A stretch of 64,000 bases of DNA from an uncultured Eubacteriales bacterium (GTDB lineage: Bacteria; Actinomycetota; Coriobacteriia; Anaerosomatales; JAUVQN01). The translations under genes were made by a program, and so were the position numbers. Each line of letters starts with the position of its first letter. Position 1 is the stretch's first letter. The stretch is taken from assembly GCA_964406675.1 (NCBI GenBank), contig CAYOSP010000003.1, forward strand, positions 63,007 to 127,006, read 5' to 3'. Of this stretch, positions 26,619 to 38,612 are shown piece by piece. The notes beneath the pieces are model-generated. The model was not told the origin of the DNA. It saw only the letters and a program-made list of their open reading frames with translations, and made no database searches.

Positions 26619-29405
26619 ATGGGCGACAAGCCGGACTACAAGGCCACGATGAACCTACCGCGCACCGACTTCCCGATGCGCGCCAACCTCGCCCAGCGCG
26701 AGCCGGCGTGGCTCGGGTTCTGGGAGGAGAAGGAGGTCTATCGTCGTTCGCTCGAAGACAGCGCGGGCGCCGACACGTTCGTCCTCCACGACGGCCCGCC
26801 CTACGCGAACGGCGACATCCACATGGGCACGGCGTTCAACAAGGTGCTCAAGGACCTCATCGTCAAGTACAAGTCGATGCGCGGCTACCACGCTCCGTAC
26901 GTCCCCGGCTGGGACTGTCACGGCCAGCCGATCGAGCATCACGTGGAGAAGAAGCTCGGCGCGGCGCGCATGGCAGAGATCAGCCAGGTCGAGCTCCGCG
27001 CGCTCTGCCGCGAGTACGCGCTCACGTACGTCGATCGTCAGGCCGAGCAGTTCAAGCGCCTCGGCGTGCGGGGCGACTTCGAGGACCCGTATCTGACGCT
27101 CGCGCCGCGCTACGAGGCCGGCGACGTGCGCGTCTTCGCCGAGCTGTACCGCCGCGGGATGGTGTATCGCGGCCGCAAGCCGATCCATTGGTGCTACCGC
27201 TGCAAGACCGCGCTCGCCGAGGCCGAGATCGAGTACTCCGACGAGGTATCGGATTCCATCTACGTGTGGTTCAGGTTCACGGATCCTCTTCCCGAGGCGT
27301 GGGTGCGGACGGGCGTCGACGCCGAGGACGAGGCGGGCATCCTCATCTGGACGACGACCCCCTGGACGCTCCCCGCGAACGTCGCGGTCACCGTGGCTCC
27401 CGGGGCGGACTACGTCGCCGTGAGGTCGGCCGACGGACGGATCGCGGTGCTCGCCGAAGAGCTCCTGGAACAGGTGACGGGCATCGCGGGCTGGGAGGGG
27501 CACGAGGTCCTCGGGCCGCGCGTGAAGGGCTCCGCTCTGCACGGTCTCACGTACGAACACCCCATCCATGCCGGGACGGTCGGGCGGGTGATCACGGGCT
27601 CGCACGTCGAGCTGACCACCGGCACCGGCGCCGTGCACACGGCGCCCGGGCACGGCGAGGAGGACTACGTGGTGGGGCTGGAGCACGATCTGCCCGCTCC
27701 GATGCCCGTGGGCGACGAGGGCGTCTTCGACGCGGGGGGCGGGCCCTTCGCGGGGCTGCACGTGGACGCGGCGAACCCCGAGGTCATCGGATTCCTGGAG
27801 GAGCGCGGGACGCTCGTGGCGGCCGAGAAGACCACACACAGCTATCCGCATTGCTGGAGGTGCAAGCGCCCGGTCATCTTCAGGGCGACGGAGCAGTGGT
27901 TCATCTCCATGGACGACACGGGTCTCCGGCGCGACGCGCTGGACGCCGTCGAGCGCGTGGAGTGGGTGCCCGCCTGGTCGGTCAAGCGCATCTCCTCGAT
28001 GGTGGCCGACCGACCCGACTGGTGCATCAGCCGTCAGCGCGCGTGGGGCGTGCCGATCCCGGTGTTCCGCTGCACCACGTGCGGCGAGGTGGTCGCGGAC
28101 GACCGGACGTTCGATGCCGTGGAACGCCTGTTCGCCGAGGAGGGCGCCGACGCCTGGTTCGTGAAGGCGCCGAGCGAGTACCTCCCGGAAGGCGTCACTT
28201 GTCCGTCGTGCGGAGGCTCGGTGATCGAGTCCGAGCGCGACATCGTCGATGTCTGGTTCGAGTCCGGCGTCTCGCACGAGAGCGTGCTGGAGGCCCGGGA
28301 GGGTCTGAAGCGCCCCGCCGAACTCTACCTGGAGGGCTCGGACCAGCATCGCGGCTGGTTCCAATCCTCGCTGCTCACCGCGGTGGGGGCGTTCGGAGAG
28401 CCGCCCTTCGAGGCGGTCCTCACCCACGGCTTCATCGTGGACGGCGAGGGACGCAAGATGTCGAAGTCCCTGGGCAACGTGGTCGATCCGCTCAAGGTGA
28501 TGGAGAAGTACGGAGCGGACATCATCCGGCTGTGGGTGGCTTCGGCCGACTACAGCCAGGACGTCTCGGTCTCGGACGAGATCCTGCAGCGCACCTCCGA
28601 GGCGTACCGGCGGATCCGCAACACCTTCCGCTTCCTGCTCGGTAACCTGTACGACTTCGTGCCCGAGCGCGCCGTCGCCGAGGGCGACATGCCGGAGCTC
28701 GACCGATACGCGCTCGCCAGGCTCGCGCAGGTGGAGGAGCGCGTCACCAAGGCCTACGACGACTGGCGCTATCACCAGGTGTATCGCACCGTCTACGACT
28801 ACTGCGTCACCGATCTCTCCTCGTTCTACCTGGACGTGCTGAAGGACCGGCTGTACTCGGACGCGGCCGATTCCGTCTCGCGCCGCAGCGCGCAGACGGT
28901 CATCGCGAGGATCACGGACGGCCTCGCGCGCATGCTCGCGCCCGTCCTCAGCTTCACCACCGAGGAGGTCTGGCAGGAGCTCCCGGAGGAGCTCCGCCCG
29001 GTGGACTCCGTGCACCTCGCCGGGTGGCCCCGGCACGCGGCTCCTGCTGACGCGGGCGAGCTGCTGAACACGTACGCGGTGGTCCTCGAGGCGCGCGACG
29101 TCGTGACGAAGGCGCTGGAGTCCGCACGCGACGAGGGCGTCGTGGGCAAGAGCCAGGAGGCCCGTATCGTCCTCGGGGCGCCCGCCGACACGCTCGAGAC
29201 GCTGCGGGATCGCGGCGAGGAGGCGCTCGCCGCCCTGTTCATCGTGTCGGCGGTCGGACTCGAGGAGAGCGACTCGGTGGAGGTGTCCGTGCGGCGGGCG
29301 GAGGGCGAGAAGTGCCCGCGCTGCTGGAACCTCCGGGAACTGGGCGTGGTCGAGGGGTATCCCGACGTCTGCCGGCGCTGCGCCGAGGCGCTCGCAGCCG
29401 GCTAG
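26619..29405 (+). CDS. ileS: isoleucine--tRNA ligase (type 1, C-terminal zinc finger)
   Basis: Track ORF 26472..29405, trimmed to ATG 26619 (AAGGGAG SD). HMGT (HIGH) and KMSKS motifs, editing domain, C-terminal CPRCW...CRRC. Confidence 0.95.
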   Translation: MGDKPDYKATMNLPRTDFPMRANLAQREPAWLGFWEEKEVYRRSLEDSAGADTFVLHDGPPYANGDIHMGTAFNKVLKDLIVKYKSMRGYHAPYVPGWDCHGQPIEHHVEKKLGAARMAEISQVELRALCREYALTYVDRQAEQFKRLGVRGDFEDPYLTLAPRYEAGDVRVFAELYRRGMVYRGRKPIHWCYRCKTALAEAEIEYSDEVSDSIYVWFRFTDPLPEAWVRTGVDAEDEAGILIWTTTPWTLPANVAVTVAPGADYVAVRSADGRIAVLAEELLEQVTGIAGWEGHEVLGPRVKGSALHGLTYEHPIHAGTVGRVITGSHVELTTGTGAVHTAPGHGEEDYVVGLEHDLPAPMPVGDEGVFDAGGGPFAGLHVDAANPEVIGFLEERGTLVAAEKTTHSYPHCWRCKRPVIFRATEQWFISMDDTGLRRDALDAVERVEWVPAWSVKRISSMVADRPDWCISRQRAWGVPIPVFRCTTCGEVVADDRTFDAVERLFAEEGADAWFVKAPSEYLPEGVTCPSCGGSVIESERDIVDVWFESGVSHESVLEAREGLKRPAELYLEGSDQHRGWFQSSLLTAVGAFGEPPFEAVLTHGFIVDGEGRKMSKSLGNVVDPLKVMEKYGADIIRLWVASADYSQDVSVSDEILQRTSEAYRRIRNTFRFLLGNLYDFVPERAVAEGDMPELDRYALARLAQVEERVTKAYDDWRYHQVYRTVYDYCVTDLSSFYLDVLKDRLYSDAADSVSRRSAQTVIARITDGLARMLAPVLSFTTEEVWQELPEELRPVDSVHLAGWPRHAAPADAGELLNTYAVVLEARDVVTKALESARDEGVVGKSQEARIVLGAPADTLETLRDRGEEALAALFIVSAVGLEESDSVEVSVRRAEGEKCPRCWNLRELGVVEGYPDVCRRCAEALAAG

Positions 29406-29526
29406 CCGGCGCCCTCGTCGCGCCGGGTCTCGCGCGGAGGCCGGAGCTCTCGTGCGGTGTATACTCGGAGGCGACCGAAGACGTCCGGTGACCCCGGTGA
29501 CGCCCGGGCACGCAGGAGGATATCCC

Positions 29527-29892
29527 TTGGACACGGCGAGACTCGAGAGGATCCGCGAGCGGCTCCAGACGGAGCGGGAGCGGCTCGCGCGCGAGCTCGA
29601 CGAGATGGAGCTCGCCGGCGCCGAGAACCAGTCGGAGTCCAGCGGCGAGAACAACTACCGCGACCACATGGCCGACCAGGGTACCGCCACATTCGAGCGC
29701 GAACTCGACATGGGGCTCGTGGACAACACCAAGCGGCTGCTCGACGAGGCCCGTGAGGCGCTCGAGCGGATCGATCGCGGGGAGTACGGCGAGTGCCGAC
29801 GCTGCGGCCGCGACATCCCGGCCAAGCGTCTCGAGGCGGCGCCCTCGGCCGAGCTCTGCATCGAGTGCAAAGAGTGGGAAGAACGCTCCTGA
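29527..29892 (+). CDS. DksA/TraR family C4 zinc-finger protein (YlyA-like position)
   Basis: Track ORF 29452..29892, trimmed to TTG 29527 (AGGAGGA SD 6 nt upstream). Coiled coil plus CRRCGRDIPAKRLEAAPSAELCIEC. Confidence 0.75.
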   Translation: MDTARLERIRERLQTERERLARELDEMELAGAENQSESSGENNYRDHMADQGTATFERELDMGLVDNTKRLLDEAREALERIDRGEYGECRRCGRDIPAKRLEAAPSAELCIECKEWEERS

Positions 29893-30380
29893 GCCGACGG
29901 GCCGCCCTCACCACGCTGCTGGCCTCGGCCGTCGCCGTGCTTGCACTCGACCAGTTCACCAAGGCGCTGGTCAGAGCATACATGCATCCGGCGCAGTCCA
30001 TCCGGCTCATCGGCGACCTCGTCCAGCTCACCTACGTGCGCAACACCGGCGCCGCGTTCGGGCTCATGCCCGGCCACCGAGCCACGTTCGTCGCGGTCTC
30101 GCTGATCGTGCTGGCGGGAGTGGCCGTCTTCTGGTGGCGCGCGCGACCGACCGAGGGCTTCGTGGTCACGGGGCTGGCCCTGGTCGTGGGAGGCGCGCTC
30201 GGGAATCTCATCGATCGCCTCACCGACCCGCTCGGACGGGTCACGGACTTCCTCGAACTGCCGGCCTGGCCGGTGTTCAACGTGGCCGATTCCGCCATCG
30301 TGGTGGGTGCGCTGATGCTCATCGGCTGGCTGCTCCTCGCTCCCTCCGACCGGGCCGTCGGATGGCGGGAGCCGGGATGA
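29874..30380 (+). CDS. lspA: lipoprotein signal peptidase II
   Basis: Track ORF 29793..30380; GTG 29874 chosen as start (uncertain). Motifs DQFTK, NTGAAFG and FNVADSAIVVG. Confidence 0.85.
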   Translation: MGRTLLSRRAALTTLLASAVAVLALDQFTKALVRAYMHPAQSIRLIGDLVQLTYVRNTGAAFGLMPGHRATFVAVSLIVLAGVAVFWWRARPTEGFVVTGLALVVGGALGNLIDRLTDPLGRVTDFLELPAWPVFNVADSAIVVGALMLIGWLLLAPSDRAVGWREPG

Positions 30381-31375
30381 CGGAGGGCGAGCGCCACGAA
30401 CTCACGGTGAAGGGCGGCGAGGCGGGCCGGCGTATCGACAAGTGGCTCGCCGACACCGGTATCGTGCCCTCGCGCTCCTTCGCCGCTCAGCTCATCGGGC
30501 GCGGGCTGGTGAGGATCAACGGGGAGATGGTGCTCAAGCACGCGGTCGTGCGCGGAGGCGACTTCGTGGAGGTCCACCTCCCGCCGCCGATCGAGTCCTC
30601 CCTCGAACCCGAGGACATCCCGCTCGACATCCGCTACGAGGACGAGCACCTCATCGTGCTGTCCAAGCCCGCGGGCATGGTCGTCCACCCGACCGACGCG
30701 CACCGTTCCGGCACGCTGGTGCACGCGCTGCTCGCCCACGCCGACGATCTCGGGAGTCTGGGCGGCGAGGAGCGGCCGGGCATCGTGCATCGTCTCGACA
30801 AGGACACGTCGGGCCTCATGCTCGTGGCGAAGGAGGACGAGACCCAGGCCGCGCTGTCGGACCTCATCCGGCTGCGGGCGGTGGACCGTCGCTACGTGAC
30901 GCTGGTGCACGGTCTCATCGCGCCGGACACCGGCCTGATCGACGCCCCCATCGGCCGACATCCCAAGGACCGCATGAAGATGGCGGTGACCCACGATCAC
31001 TCTTCGAGGCAGGCGGTCACCAACTTCTTCGTGCTGGAGCGTTTCGACACCGATTACCGGGACGACGGCTTCACGCTCGTCGAGTGCAAGCTGCACACGG
31101 GCAGGACGCACCAGATCCGCGTGCATATGGCCTACATCGACCACCACGTCGTGGGCGATCCCGTCTACGGTCGTAAGAGGCGGGATTACGATATGGGTCT
31201 CGAGCGCCAGTTCCTGCACTCGTATCGCCTCAGCTTCGAGCACCCGATCACCGGCGAGACGCTCGACTTCGCCGACGCGCTGCCCGACGACCTCGGTGAG
31301 CGGCTCGGGTCGCTCACCGAGCGCTCGATGGGGCGCACGACCCTCGGTGACGAGGTAAGGGATACACTGAGGTAG
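30377..31375 (+). CDS. rluD: 23S rRNA pseudouridine synthase, RluD/RluA family
   Basis: Track ORF 29753..31375, trimmed to ATG 30377 (ATGA overlap with lspA). S4 domain N-terminus, catalytic HRLDKDTSG, GRTHQIRVH. Confidence 0.9.
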   Translation: MTEGERHELTVKGGEAGRRIDKWLADTGIVPSRSFAAQLIGRGLVRINGEMVLKHAVVRGGDFVEVHLPPPIESSLEPEDIPLDIRYEDEHLIVLSKPAGMVVHPTDAHRSGTLVHALLAHADDLGSLGGEERPGIVHRLDKDTSGLMLVAKEDETQAALSDLIRLRAVDRRYVTLVHGLIAPDTGLIDAPIGRHPKDRMKMAVTHDHSSRQAVTNFFVLERFDTDYRDDGFTLVECKLHTGRTHQIRVHMAYIDHHVVGDPVYGRKRRDYDMGLERQFLHSYRLSFEHPITGETLDFADALPDDLGERLGSLTERSMGRTTLGDEVRDTLR

Positions 31376-31387
31376 GGGATACACTGT
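31354..31387. repeat. 17-bp x2 tandem repeat spanning the rluD stop (GGTAAGGGATACACTGA / GGTAGGGGATACACTGT)
   Basis: Counted directly. Stop triplets at 31356 (TAA), 31368 (TGA), 31373 (TAG, the rluD stop) and 31387 (TAG) cover all three frames. Confidence 0.85.
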
Positions 31388-31421
31388 AGATGGATCGCGG
31401 TATGGATGCCGGCACTCGGAG

Positions 31422-31802
31422 TTGGTCACGGTGGCTCGAATCCTGATCGTGGAGGACGATCCGCAGAACCTGTACCTGGCGAGCTACCTCCTGCGTACCG
31501 CGGGCCACGACGTGTTGTTCGCCGGTGACGGCGAGGAGGCGGTGGAGGTGGCGCTCCAGGAGACTCCCGAGCTCGTGCTGATGGACATCCTCCTGCCGAA
31601 GGCCGACGGATACGAGGCCATACGACGCATCCGGGAGGCCCGCGGCGCGGACGAGCTCCCCATCGTGGCCGTCACCGCGTACGCGATGCCGGACGACGAG
31701 CGCAAGGTCCGCGCGGCGGGAGCGCAGGGACACATAGCCAAGCCGATCGAGCCGGCGACGTTCGTGCGACAGGTCGAGAGCTTCCTCGTCCAAGGCGCGT
31801 AG
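31422..31802 (+). CDS. single-domain response regulator (CheY-like receiver)
   Basis: 126 aa: ILIVEDD, phospho-acceptor context LVLMDILLP, VTAYA, KP. Confidence 0.85.
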   Translation: MVTVARILIVEDDPQNLYLASYLLRTAGHDVLFAGDGEEAVEVALQETPELVLMDILLPKADGYEAIRRIREARGADELPIVAVTAYAMPDDERKVRAAGAQGHIAKPIEPATFVRQVESFLVQGA

Positions 31803-31804
31803 CG

Positions 31805-34465
31805 GTGTCGGGCGAGCGGATACTCGTGGTCGACGACGACCCGGTCAGCCGGGACGTCATATCCACTCTGCTCGCCGCTACCGGCTATGAGGTCGTCGAG
31901 GCGTCGGACGGGCTCCAGGCGCTCGCGGCGGCGCGAAGCGAGCCGGTCGACCTGGCGATCTCGGACATCCTCATGCCGCGCATGGACGGATACCGGTTCG
32001 CACTCGAGTGGAACAGCGACCCCGGACTGTCCTCGATCCCGCTCATCTTCTACACCGCCAGCTACACCGATCCAGCCGACCGCGAACTGGCCGACGAGCT
32101 CGGGGTGGCGCGCTTCGTACTGAAGCCCCAGGACCCGCAGGAGCTCCTGCGCATCATCGCGGAGGTCCTCGAGGGATCGGCGCGGGCCGCCGAGGACGCG
32201 CGGGAAGAGCGGGAAGCCCGCGAGGAGGACACCGCCCCCGACGGCGGGTCGCGGGAGGTCGGGGGCGGTACGCCCGCGGCGGGATCCGTCGTCTCGGTCG
32301 CGGAGGGTGAAGGGAGCGAAGCGCCCGAGGAAGGCGAGGCGGGCGAGCGGGGCGAGCGGGCGGACCGACAGGTGGCGGTCCTCGAACAGTACAGCGTGCG
32401 CCTGGTCAAGAAGCTCGAGGAGAAGATGGCCGAGCTGCAACGCTCGAACCGCGAGCTCAGGCGCGCGAGGGAGCGGCTCTCCCATGAAGTAGAGGCCAAG
32501 AACCGCGCGATCGAGGAACTGAACCGCGACATCGAGGAGCGCGAGCGGGTCCAGGCCGAGCTTCGTCGCGAGCGGGACTTCACGTCGCAGGTCATCGAGG
32601 TCTCCGAGCTGGTGATCGTCGCCCTCGACATGGAAGGCCGCATCGAGCTGTTCAGCAAGGGCGCCGAGGTCATCACCGGTCATCCGGCCGACGAGGTCGC
32701 GGGCCGCGATTTCGTCACCCTCCTCGTCCCCGAGCATGCGAGAGATCGCCACAGGCATCACTTCGACATGCTGCGCGACGGTGTCTATCCGCTCCGGAGC
32801 ACGGACGTGATCGTGACCAAGGGAGGTCGCGAACGGATCGTGGACTGGTCCGAGTCGGTGCGCACGGACGAGCAGGGAAGGGTCACCGGCATCCTGGTCT
32901 TCGGTCTGGACGTCACCGAGTCCGTCCACAGTCGCATCTGCGAATCGGTCCTCTCCCGCCTGAACGACGCCGTCCTGTTCGGCCATTCCATCGACGACGC
33001 TCTTGAGGACCTCTGCGCGAGACTCGCCGACGCCCTGCATCTGAAGGGCGTCGTCCTCGTGCTCACCCGCGAGGACGGTCTCGTGGAGAGCACGTGCGGG
33101 GGGCCGCTGGGCGACGTCGCCGAAGGAGCGTGCATCCTGGGGAGCGGCGCCGAGGAGCCGCTGCGGCGCTCGATCGACGAGGAGCGGGCGGCACTCGTCG
33201 ACCCCTCCGATCCAGCCTGGAGAGGCACCGACGACGGTCCGGAGACGCGAGGTGTGGGCGCACTGCTCAGCGTGCCGCTGAGCGCGTACGGCACGACGCG
33301 GGGCGCGCTGGCCTTCTGTGCCGCCTCGCCGGCTCCGTTCGACGAGGGTCTGGTGGACACCCTGAGATACTGTGCCGAGCGCGTGGCGCAGGCGTTGGTG
33401 ATGAACGAGCGCGAGCAGGAGCTCAGGCTGCAGTCGGAGGCGATCACCTCCGCGACGAGCGCGATCGCGGTCACGGACGGCGAGGGCCGGTTCATGTGGG
33501 CGAACCCGATGCACGAGGCGCTGACCGGGTACGCGTCCGAGGAGCTCGAAGGCGAGCCGTACGCGGTCCTGGCCGACGTGGCGGACGACGAGGAGGCGGC
33601 GTGGGAGTCGCTCGCCCGGGGCGAGACCGTCGACGAGGAGCGCGTGTCGGTCCGCCAGGACGGGAGCGAGTTCCAGGAGGAGGTCTCGTTCGCTCCCGTA
33701 CTCGATGGGGGCGGAGCGATCCAGAACATCATCGTGGTGCGTCAGGACGTCACCGAGCGGCGCCGGCTCGAACAGATGAGATCGGATCTCATGGACGCGG
33801 TCTCGCATGAGCTGCGATCACCGCTCACCAACATCATCGGCTATTCGGACCTCGTCCTGGGGCTCGACTCGCCGGACATGGAGCGAACGCGGCATTTCGC
33901 CGGGAAGATCCGCATGCATGCCGAGCACATGAATCGGCTGGTCGAGGAGCTTCTGCAGATCTCCCGTCTGCAGCACGGGACGCGTCCGGCCGAGATCGAA
34001 CGAGTGGATCTCGGCGCGCTGCTGCGTCACCAGGTCGACTCCGTCACGCTGCCCGAGGGACACGATCTGCGGCTGGAGGCGCCGGAGGACGGGATCGATC
34101 TGCCGTGTGAGCCGACGTGGATATCCACCGCGATCGGCAACCTGATCGACAACGCGATCAAGTACTCGCCCGATGGGGGCACGATATCGATCGTCCTCGA
34201 GGAGGGGGACGGCTGGGTGACCGTGAGCGTGAGCGACGAGGGCATCGGTATCGAGGAACGCGACGCCGAGCAGATCTTCGAGCGCTTCACACAGGCCGAC
34301 ATGTCGACCACACGCAGATTCGGGGGGTTCGGGCTCGGGCTGGCCATCGTGAAGGACGTGGTCGCGGCTCACGGGGGCGACATCGAGGTGGACAGCGTCC
34401 CGGGAGAGGGGAGCACGTTCACCGTGAGGCTGCCTCGTCGTCCGACAGAGGGTACGCCGGACTGA
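31805..34465 (+). CDS. hybrid sensor histidine kinase: N-terminal receiver, coiled coil, PAS, GAF-like, PAS, HisKA, HATPase_c
   Basis: ILVVDDD...ISDILMP receiver. H-box SHELRSPLTNIIGY, N-box LIDNAIKYSP, G-boxes DEGIGI and GGFGLGLAIV. No TM segment seen. Confidence 0.88.
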   Translation: MSGERILVVDDDPVSRDVISTLLAATGYEVVEASDGLQALAAARSEPVDLAISDILMPRMDGYRFALEWNSDPGLSSIPLIFYTASYTDPADRELADELGVARFVLKPQDPQELLRIIAEVLEGSARAAEDAREEREAREEDTAPDGGSREVGGGTPAAGSVVSVAEGEGSEAPEEGEAGERGERADRQVAVLEQYSVRLVKKLEEKMAELQRSNRELRRARERLSHEVEAKNRAIEELNRDIEERERVQAELRRERDFTSQVIEVSELVIVALDMEGRIELFSKGAEVITGHPADEVAGRDFVTLLVPEHARDRHRHHFDMLRDGVYPLRSTDVIVTKGGRERIVDWSESVRTDEQGRVTGILVFGLDVTESVHSRICESVLSRLNDAVLFGHSIDDALEDLCARLADALHLKGVVLVLTREDGLVESTCGGPLGDVAEGACILGSGAEEPLRRSIDEERAALVDPSDPAWRGTDDGPETRGVGALLSVPLSAYGTTRGALAFCAASPAPFDEGLVDTLRYCAERVAQALVMNEREQELRLQSEAITSATSAIAVTDGEGRFMWANPMHEALTGYASEELEGEPYAVLADVADDEEAAWESLARGETVDEERVSVRQDGSEFQEEVSFAPVLDGGGAIQNIIVVRQDVTERRRLEQMRSDLMDAVSHELRSPLTNIIGYSDLVLGLDSPDMERTRHFAGKIRMHAEHMNRLVEELLQISRLQHGTRPAEIERVDLGALLRHQVDSVTLPEGHDLRLEAPEDGIDLPCEPTWISTAIGNLIDNAIKYSPDGGTISIVLEEGDGWVTVSVSDEGIGIEERDAEQIFERFTQADMSTTRRFGGFGLGLAIVKDVVAAHGGDIEVDSVPGEGSTFTVRLPRRPTEGTPD

Positions 34466-34477
34466 CCCGCCGTGTTG

Positions 34478-36745
34478 TCAGTAGGCTCGCGCGAGGACCG
34501 AGGTCACGCGGGTCTCCACGCGCGGCGAGACCACCGCCTCGCCGCCGAAGATGCCGATCTCCGCCATGTCGCCGGCCTCGGCGCGCAGCCAGTCGTCGAG
34601 TGTCGGATCGGGCTCGTCGACGAGGATGAGCGGCCCCTCGGCGGATGCCATGTACGGACCGCCGGCCAGCGCGTCCGGGAAGGAACGGCCCGTCGCCAAG
34701 CCGATGGCCCCTCCCCGCAGCACGCCGTCGCGTCGAGCGCGGTCGGCGAGCGCTTGGGCCGTGCGGTATCGATCCAGGCCCCACACCCGCTCGACGGGCA
34801 GCAGCGCGGCCGCTTCCCGGACGCAGCCTTCCGAGACGGCGCCGGGCCCGCCCACCACGACGGCGGACGTGGCGTCGAGGGCGGACAGCGCCGCGCGGGT
34901 GGCGGGCGGGACCCCGTCCGGCCGTACGAGGAGCACCGGGCGCCCGATCGCCGCGGCGTAGGGGACCGCGGCGAGGGCGTCCGGGAAGTCGACGCCGCTC
35001 GCGAGGAGCACCGGTCCGCCGCCCGCGGGGGATTCGAGCGCGAGCCGCGCGGCGACGCGCGCGGCCGTGTCGTACCGGTCGCTCCCCGCGATGCGCTCGG
35101 CGTCGCAGCCCGCGGCGCGGGCCGCCTCGGCGAGCACCGCGTCCGAGACCGCGCCGGGGCCGCCGATCACCATGAGGTGGTCAGGGGACAGCCGGTCCAG
35201 TTCGTTCGCGGTCGCCGGGGGGAGGGAGTCGTGTCTCGTGAGGAGCAGCGGCGCGTCGACCGCATGAGCGAGCGGGCCGGCGGCGAGCGCGTCCGGGAAG
35301 TCCTCGCCGTTCGCCAGGAGCACGACGTCCGCTCCGCCGGCGTGGCCGCGCCTGCTGACGACCGCGGCGGTGCCGTAGCGATCGGCTCCAGCGAGTCGGA
35401 CCGCGACCGGCCCGTCGGCGATGAGCACACCCTCGAGGGCGTCGTAGGCCCCGAGCGCGTCGATGCGCCCGTGCCCGTAGTGCAGGATGTCGGGGTCGGA
35501 TGCGCCGGGATACGGATGAGCGCCTGTGAGGAGCGCGTCGACGAGTTCCTCGGACGTGGCGCCGGGCGCCGCCGACCAGACGTAGGCGGCCGCTCCCGCG
35601 GCGACCGGGGTGGCGAACGACGTGCCGTTCCCGGTGAGGACGCTCCCGGTGGATTGCTGCGCGAGCAGGATCCCCTCGCCGGGCGCCACCAGGTCGAGGT
35701 CGGGACCGTAGTTCGAGAACGGCGAGCGCATGCCGGTCGGCCTGGTGGAGAGGTCGGGGTCGTGTCCGATCGAGCCCACCGCGATCGCGTGCGGCGAAGC
35801 CGCGGGATGCACGACCTCGGGATCGCCCACGCGGTCGGAGCCGCCGTTGCCGGCCGCCGCGAAGACCAGCGCGCCGCGCTCCCACGCGTACGCGACCGCG
35901 GCGTCCCACAGCGCCGCGGAGCCCGAGCCGGCGTCGGTCTCACCGAACGAGCAGTTGATGATGTCCGCGCCGTCGTCGGCCGCGTCCGTGACGGCCTGGA
36001 GGGCTGCGCCTCCGCTGCCGGCGCCGTAGCGGTCCATGATCTTGTAGACGAGGACCTCGACCCGAGCGCCGCGCACCGCCCCGGCGATCCCGGTACCGTT
36101 GTCGGCGAGCGCCGCGATCACCGAGACGACCGCGGTGCCGTGTCCGTTGTCGTCCGTAGGGCTCGCGTCGGCGCCGACGTAGTCCCACATCGGTCGCACG
36201 GCCGGATTGTGTTCCTCGCCCGGTGCGGTGTAGCCGGTGTCGAGCACGGCTATCTTGATCGTGCCCCCGTCCGCGTCGCCGCCGGTGAGGTCCCACAGCG
36301 ATTCGAGATCCACGCCGTGAGGCGCGATGTCGCCCCCACCGAGGTAGGCGCGCTGGGTGATGCCGGAGAGCGCCTCGGAGGAGTAGTGCGGGTCGTCGGG
36401 GGGAGACTGGATCGAGATACGCGAGGTCGGCGCCGCCTGGCGGGCTCGCCCCCGCGCGACCAGTTCGGCGGCGTACTCCTCGGCGTCGCGGCCCTCCGGT
36501 ACGTCGACGGTGACGAAACGAGGACGTTCTCCAGCCGGGGCCGACGCGTCATGGGGATCGAGGGGGATATCCGTCGGATCCAGGAGCATGGTCACCTGCT
36601 CGGCGTGACCCAGGCGGATCCGCGGCCCGTCCGCCGGCTGACCCGCGAGGGGTACGGCCACCGCGAGTGCGACGGACGGCACAATAGAAAACATGAGCGG
36701 TAGCAGTACCAGCGCCGCGGTGTATGTCCTCATGCGATCCCGCAT
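34478..36745 (-). CDS. secreted S8 (subtilisin-like) serine peptidase with three C-terminal cell-wall-binding repeat-2 (CWB2) modules
   Basis: Signal peptide; catalytic triad contexts VLDTGY, GHGTAV and GTSFATP. Three repeats of the pattern G(A/S)DRY(D/G/R)TA...FPDALAA...A...P(L/V)LL... resemble CWB2. Confidence 0.88.
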   Translation of the reverse strand: MRDRMRTYTAALVLLPLMFSIVPSVALAVAVPLAGQPADGPRIRLGHAEQVTMLLDPTDIPLDPHDASAPAGERPRFVTVDVPEGRDAEEYAAELVARGRARQAAPTSRISIQSPPDDPHYSSEALSGITQRAYLGGGDIAPHGVDLESLWDLTGGDADGGTIKIAVLDTGYTAPGEEHNPAVRPMWDYVGADASPTDDNGHGTAVVSVIAALADNGTGIAGAVRGARVEVLVYKIMDRYGAGSGGAALQAVTDAADDGADIINCSFGETDAGSGSAALWDAAVAYAWERGALVFAAAGNGGSDRVGDPEVVHPAASPHAIAVGSIGHDPDLSTRPTGMRSPFSNYGPDLDLVAPGEGILLAQQSTGSVLTGNGTSFATPVAAGAAAYVWSAAPGATSEELVDALLTGAHPYPGASDPDILHYGHGRIDALGAYDALEGVLIADGPVAVRLAGADRYGTAAVVSRRGHAGGADVVLLANGEDFPDALAAGPLAHAVDAPLLLTRHDSLPPATANELDRLSPDHLMVIGGPGAVSDAVLAEAARAAGCDAERIAGSDRYDTAARVAARLALESPAGGGPVLLASGVDFPDALAAVPYAAAIGRPVLLVRPDGVPPATRAALSALDATSAVVVGGPGAVSEGCVREAAALLPVERVWGLDRYRTAQALADRARRDGVLRGGAIGLATGRSFPDALAGGPYMASAEGPLILVDEPDPTLDDWLRAEAGDMAEIGIFGGEAVVSPRVETRVTSVLARAY

Positions 36746-36875
36746 GGTATCTCTCCCGCTCAGACCTCCCTTTCCCTACATACCGATTATCGGCAGTATG
36801 AACGGAATGGATTAGGCGATGAACGGTAGCACGTGAGCGGGCGAGCGGAAGATGAGCGGTCGTCCAAAGCGTGAC

Positions 36876-36905
36876 TTGTCGAAGAGCGGCCCCATCGGGT
36901 ATGGT
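36876..36905 (+). promoter_or_regulatory. candidate pyr operon promoter: TTGTCG-18 nt-TATGGT
   Basis: Hexamers at 36876-36881 and 36900-36905. Same -35 hexamer and spacing as the candidate mihF promoter. Lies just upstream of the PyrR-binding loop. Confidence 0.4.
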
Positions 36906-36907
36906 GT

Positions 36908-38598
<1,691 letters not shown>

Positions 38599-38612
<14 letters not shown>

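Noticed and set aside
26600-26625. Translational (SD-sequestering) mode for the ileS T-box
   Set aside because: No helix pairing the AAGGGAG SD with the T-box 3' region could be found by eye, whereas a terminator-like hairpin with a U-rich tail is present. This is kept open as a test in the findings rather than claimed.
29455-29470. TATACT hexamer (29459-29464) as a promoter for the DksA/TraR-lspA-rluD genes
   Set aside because: No acceptable -35 element at 16-19 nt was found. An isolated hexamer is insufficient evidence.
26655-29654. 999-aa minus-strand ORF antisense to ileS
   Set aside because: Same reasoning. ileS on the plus strand has HIGH and KMSKS motifs and a T-box leader. The antisense product has no recognisable motifs and a skewed composition.
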